From the NCBI GenBank assembly GCA_964016885.1, contig OZ024754.1, positions 17,794,001 to 17,858,000 on the forward strand: a stretch of DNA of 64,000 nucleotides. The letters run 5' to 3'. The notes below the pieces were generated by a model, which was not told where the DNA came from, did not search any database, and saw only the letters and a program-made list of their open reading frames with translations. This stretch comes from Eledone cirrhosa. Taxonomy: Eukaryota. A program made the position numbers and the translations under genes. Positions 58,777 through 64,000 of the stretch are shown here, one piece after another; position 1 is the first letter of the stretch; every line of letters starts with the position of its first letter.

Positions 58777-60854
58777 AGATGATGCATGACATACCCTGAC
58801 ATAGTAGATGGTTAAGATTCAGTCATGGTAGTGAGTAATATATGACAAAACTCAATATTGATATACCTTAATATTGAAAACATGTAAAAAAAAACTACAT
58901 ATAATACATATAATAGAGAGGGTGCGTGTGAGAAAGCTTAAAAAATACATGGCAGCAATATAACTGTTAAAGATTCAAATAATTTAAATTACTGAAGATA
59001 GATGAAAGAAAAGAAAGGCATAGAGGAAGAAACAGATGAGGGGATAATATAGCTAGTAGGAGCCTAGAAAACAAAAGAGAGTTGATTACAGAGAGAGAGA
59101 GATAAAGAGGTATAACTTTTATTGTGTAATAATATAGGGAGGTATTAAATTAGAACAACATTTGGGCTTAGCTTTAGGCAAAAGGGAAAAAAAACTCAAT
59201 TCATTGACTAAAAATATTCATCAATCGGAATTTTAAATAAAATTGGGTGTATTCATATGAAGGTTAATACCAGGTCTTTAGACAATTATCTATATATACA
59301 ATATATATCCAAACATATCTGGTTGACCGTTAAAATTCAAATCATTTAATTTAAGTTAGTTCAGAGTAATGAATAATATTTTAGGTTATAAAAGTTAATA
59401 AATATCTGCATTAATATTAAAGTATACTATCATATTTAATTTATAAAATCAAATTTTATGGAATCAAATTTAAAGGATTTACAAACACGAGAAAGAAAAC
59501 AATGTTTTTACAACCTCACGAAGGTAAACTTTACTAAATTTATTATATAATATTAAATTAAATTAATTATATTATATTGAAAATAGTTTATATTATGTGC
59601 GTGTGTTTCTTATTGGCAACATGACCCTCCCAATGTATAACAGTTTATATTATATAATTTAGAAAATAATTACAGTTATAATTTTTAAAGAATTTTAAGA
59701 TTAACAATTTGAATGCCTAAAGGACCAACAGGCCTTATAATTAAACTTTTAAAAGTTTGATTATTAAATTATATATAAGCGTTTATCAAATAAATATACA
59801 TAAAGATTATATTGTCTAAAGACTTAAGATGATACCTCTCAATTAGACATAACATAATACAATACAGTAAATAAGTTACTGAAAATATTGTTAAAATTAA
59901 TGTTTTAGATCAATTATTGTAATAGGATCATTTAATAGATATATACTATAAATATACAAGTCAAAACTTCATGAGTCCTACGGATAAGGACTAGATGCAA
60001 AATAAAAAGTGAAAAAAGTAAAAATAATGAATTGTTTGCGATCATAAAAGTGCCAATATAAAAAAATATAGTTTAAAATGCAACAGAGTTTTTTTTAAAT
60101 TTATATAATAGACTAACAACACTTCTAACGTGTCCACGAAGATGATAGAAAGAGGAGCTAAGGATTTGAATGACTCGAAGGTAACCCGAATTTAATTAAA
60201 GTAAATTAAATTAAAATAAGTAATAATCGTTATATAATTTAGAACATTAAGGAAATATCTAACAATTATAACAATGGAGAGTCATTTGAGTATCCAAATT
60301 ACTTATAAATGTAACTAGGAGCAAGTTATTATACTAGATAAACAAATTTGTTCAAATATATAGAGTGAGTATTATGGTATTAGTGAAACGATATACATAT
60401 AATAAATAAATAATTACAATCATTATTAGTAATGTTATAATTGTAGTTTTACCTCCAGTTCAGTGGAAAGAAAGACCAATATTTGTCGACTAGTATGATT
60501 TGTGACATTTATACCTAAATATATATATGTACAAATCTAACTTTTGAATCCTAAACCATACTCAAAATGAGTAAAATATACAAATGCATGAATGATTTAC
60601 AGTTCAATTATAACCGGAAATCTTACAAGTTATATATCCAAATTATATACTTAAAACAAAAGCAAATATATAAGGATCCCAATCTAAATTATATATATCT
60701 AAAATAATCCAAAGGTGTGCACATTCATCAAAAGAACAAGTTAACAAATAATATGTTTATATACCTAAACAGGACCCTTCAGTCTAACATTAATTCTATC
60801 ATAAATGAATAGAAAATAAAACATTATTAAAGTTTTATAATCTGTTATAACGTT

Positions 60855-61900
60855 TTAGGTACATAGTTGATAAGAGACGTCAAAAATTAAAACCTGTTTA
60901 TTTAGTGTTTTTTCCTGACTTTTTGCGAGGCTTGGAATGTAGACGTTTGAGAATAATTCACTTTTTTTGTTAATTAAGTTTTCATAATTAGTAAATATTA
61001 ATAAGGTCTCGATAGTACAGAGGTTGCAGTTAGGTGATATTGACGAATTTGAGTAGATTCTACTATTACATAGCTTCGTCCAAAAAATCGTGTATTTTAA
61101 ATTGTTGTCTTTTAATGACCATATAAGTTGTGATAAAGAAGTCGAAGACTTCCTATTAGGATTCGAAAAAGAGCATTTGTGATTCCCAAATCTCGATTTA
61201 AATGTCGAAGAAGTTGCCCCTATGTAGTTATATGTGATGTTGTTTGCTTTTACGGTGCATTTATACACTAAATTTCTATCCAGACAATTATTTTGCAGAG
61301 GGCAATCTGGTTTATTTCTACAATTACATTTCGATTTATTATTATTATAATTTATATTAACACTATTGTTACTTCGAAATGTTCTATTGATAGTGCTTAT
61401 ATTGCTGTTAATGTTATTCATAGTATCAATATTGTTAGTGTTATTATATTCATTATTGTTAAAAGTATGCTGATTCTGGTTTAGAATTCTACTATTTAAT
61501 TTAGCGATGTTTTGGGCCATATTCATAAGAAAGCTTAATTGTGTGTCTATTAAATATGGAACGGTATTTATGTTGAATAGGGAAAGAATTATCTAAAGCT
61601 TTAAAGAATAGATTAGCTAGTGGTTTTTTATTGCTACAGAAGCAGGGGGGGGGGGTCAAACCATATAACTGATTTAGTTCTGGGTTTTTTCCCCGATTTA
61701 TTCACAGTACAGGTGTTTGAATTATAATTTTTAGAATTTCGTTTAAACATGTCAGTCATATTATTATTTTTATCAGGATTAAGATTCAAATTATTATTGT
61801 CTATATATTCTATATTATTTTTATAACCTGCCTTTCTTAGCGCATCATTGTAATATCCTGCTTTTTCATCAAATATGGATTTATTAGCAGATATTCTAGT
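60855..61900 (-). pseudogene. Penelope RT-thumb/GIY-YIG remnant
   Basis: ORF 60855-61526 contains the GIY-YIG domain; the upstream thumb is frameshifted. Confidence 0.87.
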
Positions 61901-62608
61901 TATTTGATTTTATAAATTAAATATGATAGTATACTTTAATATTAATACAGATATTTATTAACTTTTATAACCTAAAATATTATTCATTACTCTGAACTAA
62001 CCTAAATTAAATGATTTGAATGTTAACGGTCAACCAGATATGTTTGGATATATATTGTATATATAGATAATTGTCTAAAGACTTGGTATTAACCTTCATA
62101 TGAATACACCCAATTATATTTAAAATTCCGATTGATGAATATTTTTAGATATTTCAATAATTCAATGAATTGAGTTTTTTTTTCCTTTTGCCTAAAACTA
62201 AGCCCAAATGTTGTTCTAATTTAATATCTCCCTATATTATTACACTATAAAAGTTATACCTCTTTATCTCTCTTTCTCTCTCTGTAATCAACTCTCTTTT
62301 GTTTTCTAGGCTCCTACTCGCTATATTATCCCCTCATCTGTTTCTTCCTCTATGCCTTTCTTTTCTTTCATCTTTCTTCAGTAATTTAAATTATTTAAAT
62401 CTTTAACAGTTATATTGCTGCCATGTATTTTTTAAGCTTTCTCACTCTCTATTATATGTATTATACACTCTCTATTATATGTATTATATGTAGTTTTTTT
62501 CATGTTTTCAATATTAAGGTATATAAATATTGAGTTTTGTCATATATTTCTCACTACCATGACTGAATCTTAACCATTTACTATGTCAGGGTATGTCATG
62601 CATCAACT

Positions 62609-62675
62609 TATTTTATCTGATGAGGACGTACTGTTGAAGTTAACTCAGTACCTCTGAAATATGTATAATAAAATA
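62609..62675 (+). ncRNA. Type I hammerhead ribozyme (family E, inverted pLTR)
   Basis: TATTTTAT-CTGATGA-GGAcGTACTG...CAGTACcTCT-GAAA-TATGTA-TA-ATAAAATA. Confidence 0.83.
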
Positions 62676-62834
62676 TACTTGATTACAAGAATATCTATTT
62701 TGTTAATATTTTGAATTAATATTAATAACTCCGAAAAACCATCTCTATTGAGTGCTTCCAATCTATTGTAAAACTCATTCTTTGATTTATTCATTGAACC
62801 TTGTTTAACCTTTAATTATATATATATATATATA

Positions 62835-62968
62835 TATCACATAAGAAACGGAGAATCAATGTTGCGATGAATAAAATGTATTAAACATATTACAATCGTT
62901 TCTATGGCGATTGTAATATGTCTAATAAATTTTATTCATCGCAACACTGATTCTCCGTTTCTTATGTG

Positions 62969-62972
<4 letters not shown>
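62835..62972. repeat. ~140-bp palindrome between (TA)n tracts
   Basis: TCACATAAGAAACGGAGAATCA... / ...TGATTCTCCGTTTCTTATGTGA with a short central loop. Confidence 0.88.
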
Positions 62973-63649
<677 letters not shown>

Positions 63650-63743
63650 TAAAATGCTCGGATCTATTCATTGGAATCTTTGAGCTTATTCTGCAGTGAA
63701 TATGGTGCATGTCTCTCAGACATGACAACCTTAATTTAATTTT

Positions 63744-63819
<76 letters not shown>

Positions 63820-64000
63820 GCTGAAACACTCGCTTTAGGAGTGTTTCTCAAGACCCGAACGTTTCTTACCACTAAATATTGGCAAATGGTGAAATCTATT
63901 TGATATATATTGTATATATTATATATATGGTTAACGAAAAAAAGAGAAAGCAATGATTTTAAAGAATTACTGATGGATTTATATATATATATATATATAT

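Larger units (their letters stand above)
58665..62820 (-). mobile_element. 5'-truncated Penelope-like element with an inverted 5' pLTR, flanked by (TA)n
   Basis: ORF remnants ~60855-61900 (RISANKSIFDEK..YNDALRKAGY; WF.PP; CNCRNKPDC...LVY...YIGAT...FKSRFGNHK...CNLCTIE). ~790-bp inverted repeat 58665-59453 / 61902-62720, each arm with an HHR. Confidence 0.9.

Overview
AT-rich, repeat-saturated eukaryotic DNA, most likely a cephalopod (Octopus-type); this is inferred from the SINE/RTE families and the (TA)n load. Almost none of the listed long ORFs are host genes. Splice-aware reading shows that 1-51 kb lies inside one minus-strand host gene. Eight small GT-AG coding exons (655 nt across ~33 kb) join in frame into a NuMA/Hook-type N-terminal calponin-homology domain plus the start of a coiled coil. 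The introns hold: a ~17-kb region of 38-bp satellite, interrupted by a CsRn1-type Gypsy element (itself carrying a nested non-autonomous LTR element) and by an RTE LINE; a Helentron-like element with captured sequence; a 21-bp satellite; two CR1 LINEs; MITEs; SINEs; and one copy of a second Gypsy family. Another copy of that family lies just upstream of the ATG exon. The most notable signal is at least 13 minimal type I hammerhead ribozymes (HHRs) from about five sequence families. They occur in (i) a tandem/inverted array of 428-bp non-coding units that looks like a non-LTR retrozyme (predicted 428-nt circular RNA), (ii) pLTRs of two GIY-YIG Penelope-like elements, and (iii) small palindromic HHR cassettes in or near (TA)n microsatellites. 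All calls were made by eye; no database searches were run.
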